The notes: generated from the letters alone by a model not told the origin. A DNA stretch of 64,000 nt from an uncultured Gemmatimonadales bacterium (GCA_963730185.1 CAVSQW010000002.1:160001-224000); one strand, 5' to 3'; positions 1 to 10,396 are shown, counted from the stretch's first letter. Numbers and translations are program-made.

Positions 1-200
1 TCAAGCGGCGTCCCCGGCCGGCGCCGGCGGCAGCCGTGCCCGCGACCACCGCGCTGGCCGACCGGATCGCCCGGCTCGACGAGGAGTTCAACGGCCTCGC
101 CTCCCCGGACGCCGACGCGACCGCGCGCTACGAGCGCGAGCGCGAGGGGCTGATGGCCGAGCTCCGGGCCGCTCTTGCCGCTCGGGGGAGTCGCTCCTAA
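1..200 (+). CDS. 3' end of a hypothetical protein running in from the left edge
   Basis: Open frame from position 3 to TAA 198-200 with GC3-rich codons. Translation ALADRIARLDEEF...ARYERER resembles helical tails of cytochrome c biogenesis-associated proteins (weak). Confidence 0.6.
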   Translation, partial: KRRPRPAPAAAVPATTALADRIARLDEEFNGLASPDADATARYEREREGLMAELRAALAARGSRS

Positions 201-246
201 CTTCGCTCACCGCCGTCCGAGCACCTCGGCTCGGATCGGCCCGTCC

Positions 247-388
247 GAATCGCAGCTCTCGGAAGCCGGTGAGAATCCGGCGCGGCCCCGCCACTGTAAC
301 GGGAAAGCAGTTCCCCTCCGCTCTCGATGCCACTGGGCTTCCCGGGAAGGCGAGCGGAGTCCCGGAGCCAGGAGACCTCTGCGATTCG
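247..388 (+). ncRNA. Cobalamin riboswitch
   Basis: Core motifs GGAAGCCGGTGAGAATCCGG, GCCCCGCCACTGT, GCCACTGG...GGGAAGG and B12 box AGCCAGGAGACCT. Closing stem GAATCGCAG (247-255) / CTGCGATTC (379-387). Lies directly upstream of btuFCD-like genes. Confidence 0.93.
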
Positions 389-419
389 CGCCACGACACG
401 AGCCCTCGGGGGAGGGAAG

Positions 420-1286
420 GTGGCCCGTTCGCTCATCCTGGCGGTGCTCGCCCTGGCGGCGTGCCGCCGCCCGCTTCCGACCCACGGCCCCATCGTCCTC
501 ACCGACGACGCCCAGGCCCGGGTGGTCCTGCCGGGGCCGGCCCGCCGGGTCGTCTCGCTCATGCCCGCCACCACCGAGCTCCTCTTTGCGCTGGGCGCCG
601 CCTCGGCGCTGGTCGGCCGGACCCGCTGGGCCGACTATCCGGCGGAGGCCCTCGAGCGGCCCAGCGTGGGTGACGGGATGGCGCCTAACGTCGAGTCCGT
701 CGCCGCGCTCGATCCTGACCTGGTCGTCGCCTACCTCTCCCCCTCCAACGGGCAACAGGTCGAGCGCTTCCGCTCGCTCGGGATTCCCGTGTTGCAGCTG
801 GCCTTGAATCGGCTCGAGGACTTCGACCGGGCGGCCCGGCTGCTGGCGGCCGCCGTCGGGCGGCCGGCCGCGGGCGACAGCCTCACCGGGGTGGTGCGGG
901 ACGAGCTGGCCCGGGTCACCGTGCGCCGGCGGCTCCCGCCCCGGATCTTCGTGCTGGCCTGGGACCAGCCCCCGATGACGCTCGGGGCGGGGAGCTTTCT
1001 GAGCGAGATCGTGGCCCGGGCCGGCGGGGTGAACGTCTTCGGCGACGAGGCGGCGCCCTCCTTCACCGTCAGCATCGAGGCGGTGGCCAGGCGAAACCCC
1101 GATCTCATCCTCCTCACCGGCGACGAGGCGCCCGACTGGGCCAAGCGGCCGGAGTGGCAGGTGGTCCGGGCGGTGCGGGAGCGGCACTTCCTTCGGGTCA
1201 CCGGCTCGGAGTTCAACCGGCCCAGCCCGCGGGTGGCCTACGCGGTGGCCGCCCTGGCCGACTCGCTCACCCGGTTGGGCTGGTGA
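420..1286 (+). CDS. btuF: Cobalamin ABC transporter substrate-binding lipoprotein
   Basis: GTG after GGAGG, lipobox LAAC, RVVSLMPATTELLFALG and RPSPR motifs of helical-backbone metal receptors, riboswitch context. Confidence 0.85.
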   Translation: MARSLILAVLALAACRRPLPTHGPIVLTDDAQARVVLPGPARRVVSLMPATTELLFALGAASALVGRTRWADYPAEALERPSVGDGMAPNVESVAALDPDLVVAYLSPSNGQQVERFRSLGIPVLQLALNRLEDFDRAARLLAAAVGRPAAGDSLTGVVRDELARVTVRRRLPPRIFVLAWDQPPMTLGAGSFLSEIVARAGGVNVFGDEAAPSFTVSIEAVARRNPDLILLTGDEAPDWAKRPEWQVVRAVRERHFLRVTGSEFNRPSPRVAYAVAALADSLTRLGW

Positions 1287-2248
1287 AGGCCCTGGTCCTG
1301 GCACTCGCCTCGGTGGCGGCGCTCGCGGCGGGCGTGGCCGTCGGGGCGATCGACTTCGCCCCGGGCCGTCTCGTCGCCGCGCTGGCCCATCCCGGCACGG
1401 CCGACGGCATCATTCTCTGGGGCCTTCGGGTTCCCCGCGTCCTCCTGGCTTTCCTGGTGGGAGGCGCGCTCGGCGTCTCCGGCGCCGCCCTCCAGGCGCT
1501 GGTCCAGAACCCGCTGGCCGAGCCCTACCTCCTGGGGATCTCGGGCGGCGCCGGGCTGGCGGCCGTGGGGGCGATCGCTCTCGGCGTGGCCGGCACCTGG
1601 ACGGTGCCGCTGGCCGCCTTCGTCGGTGCCCTGGTCGCGGCCGGCGTGGTCTACCGCCTGGCCCTGGTTCAGTCGAGCCGCCTCGAGGCGCGGGTCCTGA
1701 TCCTGGTGGGGGTGGTGGTGGCCGCCTTCTGTGGGGCGATCATGTCGGCGCTCCTCAGCCTCACCCAGGCGCCCCGGCTCCGGAATGCCATGCTCTGGCT
1801 CATGGGCGGCTTCGGGTCGTCGAGCTGGCCCGCGGTCGAGGCCTTCGCCGCCTACGCCGTGCTGCCGCTCGTTCTCCTCTTCCTCAGCGCCCGATCGCTC
1901 GATCTCCTGGCCCTCGGTGACGAGCCCGCCCACGCCCTCGGCGCCGACGTCGAGCGCACCAAGCGGCTGGTGTACGTGACCACGTCGCTGCTCACGGCGG
2001 CCAGCGTGGCGGTGAGCGGGATGATCGGCTTCGTCGGCTTGGTGGCGCCTCACGCGCTCCGCGGCTGGGTCGGGCCGATCCACCGCCGGCTCCTGCCGGC
2101 CGTGTTCGTCGCCAGCGGGGCGCTCCTGGTGCTGGCCGATATGGTGGCCCGGACGCTGCTCCGGCCGGCCGAGCTGCCGGTCGGGGCGATCACCGCCCTG
2201 ATCGGGGTGCCGCTCTTCGCGGTGCTCGTCCGGCGGAGCCTCCGCTGA
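1283..2248 (+). CDS. btuC: FecCD-family ABC permease (BtuC-like)
   Basis: GTGA overlap with btuF. LRVPR...QNPLAEPYLLGISGGA, SGMIGFVGLVAPH and ELPVGAITALIG motifs. Confidence 0.88.
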   Translation: MKALVLALASVAALAAGVAVGAIDFAPGRLVAALAHPGTADGIILWGLRVPRVLLAFLVGGALGVSGAALQALVQNPLAEPYLLGISGGAGLAAVGAIALGVAGTWTVPLAAFVGALVAAGVVYRLALVQSSRLEARVLILVGVVVAAFCGAIMSALLSLTQAPRLRNAMLWLMGGFGSSSWPAVEAFAAYAVLPLVLLFLSARSLDLLALGDEPAHALGADVERTKRLVYVTTSLLTAASVAVSGMIGFVGLVAPHALRGWVGPIHRRLLPAVFVASGALLVLADMVARTLLRPAELPVGAITALIGVPLFAVLVRRSLR

Positions 2249-3033
2249 TGCTGACGGCCCGGGCGGTGACGGTCAGATATCCAGGCGCGGACCGCCCGGC
2301 CCTGTCGGAGGTGTCGGCCGCGGGCGCGGCGGGCCGGCTCCTGGCCGTGGTGGGCCCCAACGGGTGCGGCAAGACCACCCTGCTCCGGGCGATGCTCGGG
2401 CTGTTGAGCCCGGAGAGCGGCGCGGTCGAGCTCGACGGCCGCCCCATCCACGCCTGGGCGGCCCGGGACCGAGCCCGCCTGGTCGGGGCGGTGGCCCAGC
2501 GGGAGGAGTTCCCATTCGCTTGGCGGGTCGACGAGGTGGTCATGTTCGGCCGGTATCCCTGGCTCGGATCGATTCAGCCGCCTGGTGCCCATGACCGCGA
2601 GGTGGTGAGGACCGCGATGGCGCGCTGCGACATCGGCGATCTGGCCGCCCGGCGGATCGACACCCTCTCGGGGGGGGAATGGCAGCGGGTCCGGGTGGCC
2701 CGGGCCCTCGCCCAGGAGCCCCGGGTGCTGGTGCTCGACGAGCCGACCGCGGCGCTCGACCTGGGGCACGAGATGGAGATCTTCGAGCTGATCCGGACCC
2801 TGGTCGACGCCGGCCTGGTCGGCATCGTGGTCACCCATCACCTGAATGTCGCGGCCCGCTACGCCGACGAGATGCTCCTGCTCGCCCAGGGACGGACGGT
2901 GGCCCAGGGTGATCCCGAGACCGTGCTGGACCCGGGCCGACTCTCGGAGACCTTCGGCTGGCCGATTCGGGTCATCCCGGGCCCGGACGGAGCTCCCCAG
3001 GTGGTGCCGGTCCGGCGTGAGCGCCCCGGGTGA
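2248..3033 (+). CDS. btuD: ABC ATPase (BtuD/FepC-like)
   Basis: Walker A GPNGCGKT, signature LSGGE, Walker B LVLDEPT, TGATG overlap. Confidence 0.88.
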   Translation: MLTARAVTVRYPGADRPALSEVSAAGAAGRLLAVVGPNGCGKTTLLRAMLGLLSPESGAVELDGRPIHAWAARDRARLVGAVAQREEFPFAWRVDEVVMFGRYPWLGSIQPPGAHDREVVRTAMARCDIGDLAARRIDTLSGGEWQRVRVARALAQEPRVLVLDEPTAALDLGHEMEIFELIRTLVDAGLVGIVVTHHLNVAARYADEMLLLAQGRTVAQGDPETVLDPGRLSETFGWPIRVIPGPDGAPQVVPVRRERPG

Positions 3034-3114
3034 GGGGACCCGCCGCGGCCGCCGGCGGGCCGGCTGTGGGCGGGGAGTTGCTCGGGGCGTCGCGGGCCGG
3101 ATATTGTTGTTCCG

Positions 3115-4212
3115 ATGGGACGGGTTCGAGAACGCTGGTCGCTCCTGCTGGGTCTGGCCGTCGCGTGGGGTTGCGCGCCGACCACCGCGCCCACGCCTCC
3201 ACCCGAGGAGACTCTCCTCGTCGTGAACGGGGGCGAGAACTCCCTCACCCTGGTCCCCACCGATCTCTCCAAGCCGACCCGGCGGATCTCCCTCGGCACC
3301 TGGCCGGGCGTCGCCCAGCGGGTCGACGGCCGGGGCGACGTCGCCCTGGTGACCGGCGGCACCTCCGACGTCCTCTTCGTGATCGACCTGGTGAACGGCC
3401 GGCTGGAGCGGACCATCCCGCTCGAGCCGGGCTCGAATCCGACCGGCGTGGCCATCATCGACCAGACGGTCGCCTACGTCACCAACGAAGGCCGTAACAC
3501 GGTCACCCGGGTCGACTTCACCACCGGCGACACCGCCAGCGTGGACGTCGGGGTGGTGCCGCGCGACGTGGTCCTCACCCGCGGGTTCGTCTTCGTCGTC
3601 AACGCCAACGTGGGACCCTGCGATACCGTGCCGATCTGCCCGTTGGGGCCGAGTTGGCTCTCGGTCGTCGACCCCCGGCAGAACGCGCTCGCCACCGGCC
3701 GCGACTCGATTCCCCTGCCCGGCGACGGCGACGCCCGCTGGGCCGACGTCGGCGGCGACGGCCTGATCTACGTCATCAACGCCGGCGACGAGGCCGTCGG
3801 CCAGCCCGGCCGGCTCGCGATCGTCGATCCGGTCCGCCGGGAAGAGGTCGGCAGCTTCGCCGGGTTTGGGTTTCTGCCCACCAGCATCGCCTCCGACGGC
3901 GGCGAGCGGCTCTATGTCACCTCGACCATCGACGGCCTGATGGAGTTCAACACCCGGACCCGCCGGGTGGTCCGGGGTGCCGGGAGCGGGGTGCTGGCCG
4001 TGGACGCCGTCGCCGTCGCGGTCGATTCCCGAGGCTCGGTCTACGCCCTCGAGTCCGGTGGCTGTGCCGCCGGCTCCCGAGGCCGCCTCCGGGTCTTCCG
4101 AACCGATCTCACCGAAGCCCGGAACATCGTGATGGGCGAATGCCCGACCGCGGCCTCGATCGTCCAGGTCCCCACCTCCCCGATCACGCCCGAAACCCAC
4201 GTGTCCCGGTGA
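3115..4212 (+). CDS. YncE-like beta-propeller lipoprotein
   Basis: Lipobox-like AWGC. Repeated YVTN-type blades (AYVTNEGRNTVTRVD, VFVVNAN, IYVINAG, LYVTST). Confidence 0.75.
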   Translation: MGRVRERWSLLLGLAVAWGCAPTTAPTPPPEETLLVVNGGENSLTLVPTDLSKPTRRISLGTWPGVAQRVDGRGDVALVTGGTSDVLFVIDLVNGRLERTIPLEPGSNPTGVAIIDQTVAYVTNEGRNTVTRVDFTTGDTASVDVGVVPRDVVLTRGFVFVVNANVGPCDTVPICPLGPSWLSVVDPRQNALATGRDSIPLPGDGDARWADVGGDGLIYVINAGDEAVGQPGRLAIVDPVRREEVGSFAGFGFLPTSIASDGGERLYVTSTIDGLMEFNTRTRRVVRGAGSGVLAVDAVAVAVDSRGSVYALESGGCAAGSRGRLRVFRTDLTEARNIVMGECPTAASIVQVPTSPITPETHVSR

Positions 4213-4238
4213 CCGGTGCTCCGGGCCGGGTCTCCCGG

Positions 4239-4973
4239 ATGGCGGGGGTGAGCCTGGTCCTCCTGGGGCTCGCCGGATGCGGCGCGCTCGACGTCGTGGT
4301 CCCGCCCGCCGACGACTCGGCCATCCCGGTGGAGCGGCGGGAGCGGTATCGCGACGATGCGGCCCGGATCGTGGTCCGGAGCTTGCCCGACGGGTACGGG
4401 GCCGAGCTGCCGGCCGCCGCCCTCGCGAGCCTCTACGCCCGCCTGGTGCTGGTCGACAACGCCCTCGGCATCCGAGGGCGCGATTCGGTGGTGGAGCTCT
4501 ACCGCATCCACGCCAGCACCCCCGCGGTGCACGACCTGCTGGTGGGGGTCGAGGGGTCGGCCCCCTGGGTGGCCGCGTGGCTCGACGGCCAGCCCCACAC
4601 CGGCGAACCGGCCGTCGACGTCCTGATGGACCAGTACGGCATTTCGATCGAGCGCTGCTACCCCTTCGACGAGACCGTGCTCTGCTCGCTCCGAACCGGC
4701 CGGCCGGTCTTCGTGCCGACCGTGGCGCGGGAGTTCGCCGCCGCCGGCCGGGGCATCCGCTACGCCGAGCCCGACGGGGCGGTCGGCTCGAGCACCGAGA
4801 TCCGGGCCACCCGCGAGGCCGATGCCGTGGTGCTCGAGTACCTGGTCGGCTGGGGCGACTGCCCGGCCGGGTGCCTGGCCGGCCACTCCTGGCGCTACCG
4901 GGTCTACGACGACGGCCGGGTGGAATTCGTCTCCAGTACTGGTCCCAAGCCGCCACTCGTTCCGGGGTCCTGA
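4239..4973 (+). CDS. Hypothetical lipoprotein with GWGDCPAGC motif
   Basis: Lipobox LAGC, coding-like codon usage, alternative GTG at 4209 overlapping the upstream stop. Confidence 0.7.
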   Translation: MAGVSLVLLGLAGCGALDVVVPPADDSAIPVERRERYRDDAARIVVRSLPDGYGAELPAAALASLYARLVLVDNALGIRGRDSVVELYRIHASTPAVHDLLVGVEGSAPWVAAWLDGQPHTGEPAVDVLMDQYGISIERCYPFDETVLCSLRTGRPVFVPTVAREFAAAGRGIRYAEPDGAVGSSTEIRATREADAVVLEYLVGWGDCPAGCLAGHSWRYRVYDDGRVEFVSSTGPKPPLVPGS

Positions 4974-4998
4974 CTCCCAAGCGGCTAGATTCCGACCG

Positions 4999-5766
4999 AT
5001 GCCGCCGGTCGAAACAGCCGCCACCGTGCTCTCCACCATCGCCTACGGCGAGACGTCTCGCATCGCTCGACTCGCGACCGCGGACCTGGGGGTGGTGAGC
5101 GTCATCGCCAAGGGTGCCCGCCGCCCCAAGAGCCGGTTCGGCGCCGCCCTCCAGGCGCTGAGCGAAGGCTCCGCCTCGATTCTTCCGGCCCGAACCAGCG
5201 ATCTCCATACCCTGACCGCCTTCGACGTCACCCGGGTCCGGAGTGCCCTGGCATCCGATCTGGAGCGGTACGCCATGGCATCCGTCCTGGGCGAGCTGAT
5301 GCTCCGGCTCGGCTCCCAGGAGGGCCACCCGGAGATCTATGCCTTCTTCCGCCACGCGCTCGACCTCCTGGAGATGGGGCCCGCCGACTCGGTGGGCGTG
5401 CTGGGACTCCGGACCGCGTGGGGCCTGGTGGCGCACCTGGGCTTCGCGCCGAGCCTCGATCGGTGCGTCCGGAACGGCGTCCCGGTCGATACCTCGGTTG
5501 AGGTGGCGTTCTCGGCCCGCGAGGGCGGCGTGCTCTGTCCGGAGTGCGCCCGAGGGGTCGAGGCGACCCGTCTGACCCCCGCCAACCAGACCGACCTCCG
5601 GGTTCTGATCCGGGGCGACGACGATCTGCCCGATCTCGACGGGCGTCACCTCGGCGCCCACCGCCGGTTGATCGAGCACTACATCCGTCATCATCTGGCC
5701 GAAGGCGCCCAGCTGCCGGCCCTGGCCTTCTGGGCCGACCGGTCCTGGCGGGCCGCTCCGCGATGA
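4999..5766 (+). CDS. recO: DNA repair protein RecO
   Basis: YGETSRI...SVIAKGARRPKSRF N-terminal OB motif and GFAPSLDRC...GGVLCPEC zinc region. Confidence 0.92.
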   Translation: MPPVETAATVLSTIAYGETSRIARLATADLGVVSVIAKGARRPKSRFGAALQALSEGSASILPARTSDLHTLTAFDVTRVRSALASDLERYAMASVLGELMLRLGSQEGHPEIYAFFRHALDLLEMGPADSVGVLGLRTAWGLVAHLGFAPSLDRCVRNGVPVDTSVEVAFSAREGGVLCPECARGVEATRLTPANQTDLRVLIRGDDDLPDLDGRHLGAHRRLIEHYIRHHLAEGAQLPALAFWADRSWRAAPR

Positions 5767-7607
5767 TCGTCGGCACCGCGGGGCACATCGACCACGGCAA
5801 GTCGGCGCTGGTGACCGCCCTGACCGGCCGGACCGTGGACCGGCTGGCCGAGGAGAAGCGGCGCGGCATCACCATCGAGCTCAACTTCGCGCCGCTCCTC
5901 TTCGACGGGCTGCCGCCGGCCGGGATCGTCGACGTGCCGGGCCACGAGGACTTCGTCCGGATGATGGTGGCCGGCGCCTCGGGGATCGACCTGGTGCTGC
6001 TGGTGATCGATCTTGGCGAGGGAGCCCGGCCCCAGACCGAGGAACACCTGGCCGTGCTGGAGCAGCTCCGGATTCCTCGGGGCATCCCGGTGTTCACCAA
6101 GGTGGACCTGGTGGAGCCGGCCTGGGCCGAGTTGGTGGTCGACGACGTGATGGAGCGACTCCGGGCCAGTACGGTTCGGTTCGACGAGCCGGCCATCGTG
6201 TCGGCCAGGACGGGGCAGGGCATCGACCCGCTCCGCGCCCGGCTTCGGACCGAGGTGGAGCAGGCCAGAGAGCGGGCCGGCGACGACGCCTTCCGGCTGC
6301 CGGTCGACCGGGTGTTCTCCCTGGCCGGGGTCGGCACCGTCGTTACCGGGACCGCCTGGTCCGGCACCCTCCAGGTCGGCGACACGGTCGCGATCCTTCC
6401 GAGCGGCCGCGAGGCGCGGGTCCGCTCGATCGAATCGTACGGCGAGCACCGCGACACCGCCCTCCCGGGCAATCGGGTCGCCCTCGGCCTCACCGGTGTG
6501 GACCGTGACGAGGTGGCGCGGGGCGCGGTGGTGGTGGACCGGCGGATTCCCTGGCGCACCACCACCAGCTTCGACGCCGAGGTCGAGCTGCTGCCCTCCG
6601 CCGGACGGCCGCTGGCCCAGAGGTCCCGGGTCAGGGTGCACCTCGGCACCGCCGAGACGCTCGGCCGGGTCTATCCGAGAGGGGCGATCGAGCCGGGCGG
6701 CCGAGGCCTGGCCCGGATCGCGCTCGAAGCGCCGGCCGTGGTGCGGGGCGGAGACCGGATCGTGCTCCGGAGCTACAGTCCGGTCACCACGATCGGCGGA
6801 GGCCGGGTGCTGGATCCCGATCCGCCTCGCGGTGCCCCCTGGCCCGAGACGCTCTCCGCCGAGGACGCCGCGCCCCGCCTCACCGCCCTGGTCTCCCGCC
6901 GCCGGCGCGGTCTGGCCCGGACCGAGGTCGAGCAGACCCTTGGCGTTCGGCCCGGCGAGGTCGCGACGGTGGTCCGCGCCGCTCCGGCGATCGTCGACCT
7001 GGCCGGCACCCTGTTTCCGGCCGAGGTGGTGAGGCAGCGGGGCGACCGCCTGGGTGAGCTCTTGGCCGAGCACCACCGGCAGGCTCCGGCGGAGGCGGGT
7101 CTCTCGCTGGAGGCGGTGCGCCGCCGGCTGGGCCTCCCGCCGGCCGCGGCCGAGGCGCTGCTCGACCGGCTGGAGCGGGATGGCGCCCTCGTCCGCCGCG
7201 AAGGGGTGGCGGCCTTGCCCTCATTCCGGCCGCGCATCGAAGGGGGCGAAGCGGCGATCGGGCGGCTGGTCGAGCGGCTGGTCGCGGCCGCCCTGGAGCC
7301 GCCGACTCTGGCCGAGCTGGCCGACGAGCTCGAAGTGGACAGCGTGGTTCCGCTGGTCCGGCAGGCGGTGGACCGAGGGGCGATCGCCGCCGTGGAACGG
7401 GATCGCTACTTCAGCGTCGGCGCGCTGGAGCGGTTCCGCGCCACCCTCGACGAGCTCGGCCGTGAAGGCTCCATTACCCCGGCCGCGATCCGGGAGCGCC
7501 TCGGCCTTTCGAGAAAGTTCACGATTCCGCTGCTGGAATGGGCCGATCGGCAGGGCATTACCCGGCGGGTCGGAGACGCCCGCGTCCTCACCGGATCTGG
7601 CAGATGA
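5763..7607 (+). CDS. selB: Selenocysteine-specific elongation factor
   Basis: MIVGTAGHIDHGKS, EEKRRGITI, DVPGHEDF, RSYSPVTTIGGG and C-terminal winged helix LGLSRKFTIPLLE...TRRVGDAR. Confidence 0.95.
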   Translation: MIVGTAGHIDHGKSALVTALTGRTVDRLAEEKRRGITIELNFAPLLFDGLPPAGIVDVPGHEDFVRMMVAGASGIDLVLLVIDLGEGARPQTEEHLAVLEQLRIPRGIPVFTKVDLVEPAWAELVVDDVMERLRASTVRFDEPAIVSARTGQGIDPLRARLRTEVEQARERAGDDAFRLPVDRVFSLAGVGTVVTGTAWSGTLQVGDTVAILPSGREARVRSIESYGEHRDTALPGNRVALGLTGVDRDEVARGAVVVDRRIPWRTTTSFDAEVELLPSAGRPLAQRSRVRVHLGTAETLGRVYPRGAIEPGGRGLARIALEAPAVVRGGDRIVLRSYSPVTTIGGGRVLDPDPPRGAPWPETLSAEDAAPRLTALVSRRRRGLARTEVEQTLGVRPGEVATVVRAAPAIVDLAGTLFPAEVVRQRGDRLGELLAEHHRQAPAEAGLSLEAVRRRLGLPPAAAEALLDRLERDGALVRREGVAALPSFRPRIEGGEAAIGRLVERLVAAALEPPTLAELADELEVDSVVPLVRQAVDRGAIAAVERDRYFSVGALERFRATLDELGREGSITPAAIRERLGLSRKFTIPLLEWADRQGITRRVGDARVLTGSGR

Positions 7608-7643
7608 CCGGTCGAGCCAGGCTGCCGTTCAGGCAGGGATGGC

Positions 7644-7659
7644 CGGTATGCGACTTGCC
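7644..7659 (+). promoter_or_regulatory. Putative sigma-54 (-24/-12) promoter of clpB
   Basis: cGGTATGCGACTTGC: GG 7645-46 and GC 7657-58 with exact N10 spacing, close to TGGCACG-N4-TTGC. Confidence 0.55.
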
Positions 7660-7676
7660 TTTCCTATGCCCAGCAA

Positions 7677-7689
7677 TATCAATGAGTTG
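7677..7689 (+). promoter_or_regulatory. Putative IHF site
   Basis: TATCAA-TGAG-TTG matches WATCAA-N4-TTR exactly in a GC-rich background. Confidence 0.5.
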
Positions 7690-7765
7690 AGCAGTCGTCT
7701 CCCGAGTGGGCCGGCAGTCGTGCCATGCACCGGGAGGCGCGTGAGCGCATGAGGAGGACGTGACG

Positions 7766-10396
7766 ATGATCCGCCCAGACCGGATGACGATCAAAGGCCA
7801 GGAGGCCTTCCGCGACGCGATCGCCCTGGCGAAAGAGCGCGGGAATCCCGTGGTCAACGACACCCACCTGCTGGCCGCCCTGTTGGCCCAGGACGAAGGC
7901 GTGGTCCAGCCGCTGCTCCAGAAGGCGGGCCTGAACGTCGCCGCGTTCCGGGACGGGACGGCGCGCGCGCTCGACAAGCTCCCGAGCCAGTCGGGTGAGG
8001 TGGAGCCCACCTTGAGTCGGGAGCTCCACCGGGTCTTCGACCGGGCCGAGAAGGACGCCAAGGCGATGGGCGACGCCTACCTCTCCACCGAGCACCTGCT
8101 CCTCTCGCTGGTGGAGGAGAAGGGCACCACCGCCCGGGAGCTGGTGAGCGCCGGCGACGTCTCGGCCGACGACCTGAAGGCCGCCCTGGCCGAGGTGCGG
8201 GGCGCTCACCGGGTTACCGACCAGTCGCCGGAAGAGAAGTACCAGGCCCTCGAGCGCTACACCAGGAACCTGACCGACCAGGCCCGGAAGGGAAAGCTCG
8301 ACCCGGTGATCGGCCGGGACGAGGAGGTTCGCCGGGTCATGCAGGTGCTCTCCCGCCGGACCAAGAACAACCCGGTCCTGATCGGCGAGCCCGGGGTGGG
8401 CAAGACGGCCATCGTCGAGGGTCTGGCCCAGCGGATCGTGGCCGGCGACGTGCCCGAGTCGCTCAAGGACAAGGAGATCGTGTCGCTCGACATGGGCCAG
8501 CTCCTGGCCGGCGCCAAGTACCGGGGCGAATTCGAGGAGCGCTTGAAGGCGGTGGTCAAGGAGCTGACCGAGGCCGAGGGCCGCTACATCACCTTCATCG
8601 ACGAGCTCCACACCATCGTCGGCGCCGGCGCGGCCGAGGGCGCGGTGGACGCGGGCAACATGCTCAAGCCCGCGCTGGCCCGGGGCGAGCTCCACGTGGT
8701 GGGCGCCACCACCCTCGACGAGTACCGGAAACACGTCGAGAAAGATCCGGCGCTCGAGCGGCGGTTCCAGCCGGTGCTGGTGGGGGCGCCGAGCGTCCCG
8801 GACACCATCGCGATCCTCCGGGGCCTCAAGGAGAAGTACGAGGTCCATCACGGCGTCCGGATCACCGACAACGCGCTGGTGGCCGCGGCCACGCTCTCCG
8901 ATCGCTACATCGGCGACCGGTTCCTGCCCGACAAGGCCATCGACCTGGTCGACGAAGCCGCCAGCCGGCTCCGGATCGAGATCGACAGCATGCCGCTGGA
9001 GATCGACGAGGTGGAGCGGAAGATCCTCCAGCTCGAGATCCAGCGGCAGGCGCTGCTCAAGGAAAAGGACAAGGCCGGGATCGAGCGCCGCGAGCTGGTG
9101 GAGCGGGAGATCGCCGAGCTCAAGGAGCAGTCGGCCGGGATGAAGGCGCAATGGCAGGCCGAGAAGGCCGCCATCCAGCAGCTCCAGGGCAAGAAGGCCG
9201 AGGTGGAGCAGCTCCGGAGCGAGGTGGAGCAGGTGAGCCGCCGGGGTGAGCTCCAGCGCGCCGCGGAGCTCCGCTATGGCCGGATTCCCGAGCTCGAGCA
9301 GCAGATCGAGAAGGACGAGAGCCGGCTGGCCCAGATCCAGGCCAGTGCCAAGTACCTGAAGGAAGAGGTCGACGCCGAAGACATCGCCGAGATCGTGGCC
9401 CGGTGGACCGGGATCCCCGTATCGAAGATGCTGGAGTCCGAGCGGGAGCGGCTCACCAAGCTGGAGGCGGAGCTGGCCGAGCGGGTGGTCGGCCAGCACG
9501 AGGCGGTCGAGGCCGTGTCCAACGCGGTCCGGCGGAGCCGGGCCGGTCTCCAGGACCCGAACCGGCCCACCGGCTCGTTCATCTTCCTGGGCCCCACCGG
9601 CGTGGGCAAGACCGAGACGGCGCGCGCTCTGGCCGAGTTCCTCTTCGACGACGAGCGGGCCCTGGTCCGGCTCGACATGTCGGAGTACATGGAGAAGCAT
9701 TCCGTGTCCCGGATGGTCGGCGCGCCGCCGGGCTATGTCGGCTACGAGGAGGGCGGCCAGCTGACCGAGGCGGTCCGCCGCCGGCCCTACAGCGTGGTGC
9801 TCTTCGACGAGATCGAGAAGGCCCACCCCGACGTCTTCAACGCCCTGCTCCAGGTGCTCGACGACGGGCGGCTGACCGACAGCCAGGGCCGGGTGGTCGA
9901 CTTCCGGAACACGGTGGTCATCATGACCTCGAACATCGGAAGCCAGTTCATCGTCGAGGCCGGCGCGGTGGCCTCCGAGGCCGACTGGGCCACGGTCGAG
10001 TCGCAGGTCCGGAGCGAGCTCCGGAAGCACTTCCGGCCCGAGTTCCTGAACCGGGTGGACGACATCGTGGTCTTCCGGCCCCTGAGCCGGGAGGACATCG
10101 CCCAGATCGTCGACCTCCAGGCGGCGCACCTGGACCGAATGGTCGAGGCCAAGGACATGCACCTCGAGCTTCGGCCCGCGGCCCGGCAGCTGATCGCCGA
10201 GCGGGGCTACGACCCGGTCTTCGGGGCTCGGCCTTTGAAGCGGGTCATCCAGCGGCTCCTCCAGAACCCGATCGCCAGCGCGATCCTGGAAGGCCGCTTC
10301 GGCCCGGGCGACACGATCGTGGTCGATCGCCAGGGCGACGAGCTCACCCTGGAGCGGCAGGAGGCTCCGGCCCCGACCGAGGCGGTGGGTGTCTAA
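7766..10396 (+). CDS. clpB: Chaperone ClpB
   Basis: Two AAA+ modules ([16 protein letters not shown]), coiled-coil middle domain, GARPLKR. ATG 7766 is 7 nt after GGAGGA. Confidence 0.97.
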   Translation: MIRPDRMTIKGQEAFRDAIALAKERGNPVVNDTHLLAALLAQDEGVVQPLLQKAGLNVAAFRDGTARALDKLPSQSGEVEPTLSRELHRVFDRAEKDAKAMGDAYLSTEHLLLSLVEEKGTTARELVSAGDVSADDLKAALAEVRGAHRVTDQSPEEKYQALERYTRNLTDQARKGKLDPVIGRDEEVRRVMQVLSRRTKNNPVLIGEPGVGKTAIVEGLAQRIVAGDVPESLKDKEIVSLDMGQLLAGAKYRGEFEERLKAVVKELTEAEGRYITFIDELHTIVGAGAAEGAVDAGNMLKPALARGELHVVGATTLDEYRKHVEKDPALERRFQPVLVGAPSVPDTIAILRGLKEKYEVHHGVRITDNALVAAATLSDRYIGDRFLPDKAIDLVDEAASRLRIEIDSMPLEIDEVERKILQLEIQRQALLKEKDKAGIERRELVEREIAELKEQSAGMKAQWQAEKAAIQQLQGKKAEVEQLRSEVEQVSRRGELQRAAELRYGRIPELEQQIEKDESRLAQIQASAKYLKEEVDAEDIAEIVARWTGIPVSKMLESERERLTKLEAELAERVVGQHEAVEAVSNAVRRSRAGLQDPNRPTGSFIFLGPTGVGKTETARALAEFLFDDERALVRLDMSEYMEKHSVSRMVGAPPGYVGYEEGGQLTEAVRRRPYSVVLFDEIEKAHPDVFNALLQVLDDGRLTDSQGRVVDFRNTVVIMTSNIGSQFIVEAGAVASEADWATVESQVRSELRKHFRPEFLNRVDDIVVFRPLSREDIAQIVDLQAAHLDRMVEAKDMHLELRPAARQLIAERGYDPVFGARPLKRVIQRLLQNPIASAILEGRFGPGDTIVVDRQGDELTLERQEAPAPTEAVGV

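Noticed and set aside
7686..7707. HspR HAIR-like site upstream of clpB
   Set aside because: The right half (TCCCGAG) matches ACTCAAG poorly. The IHF reading fits exactly.
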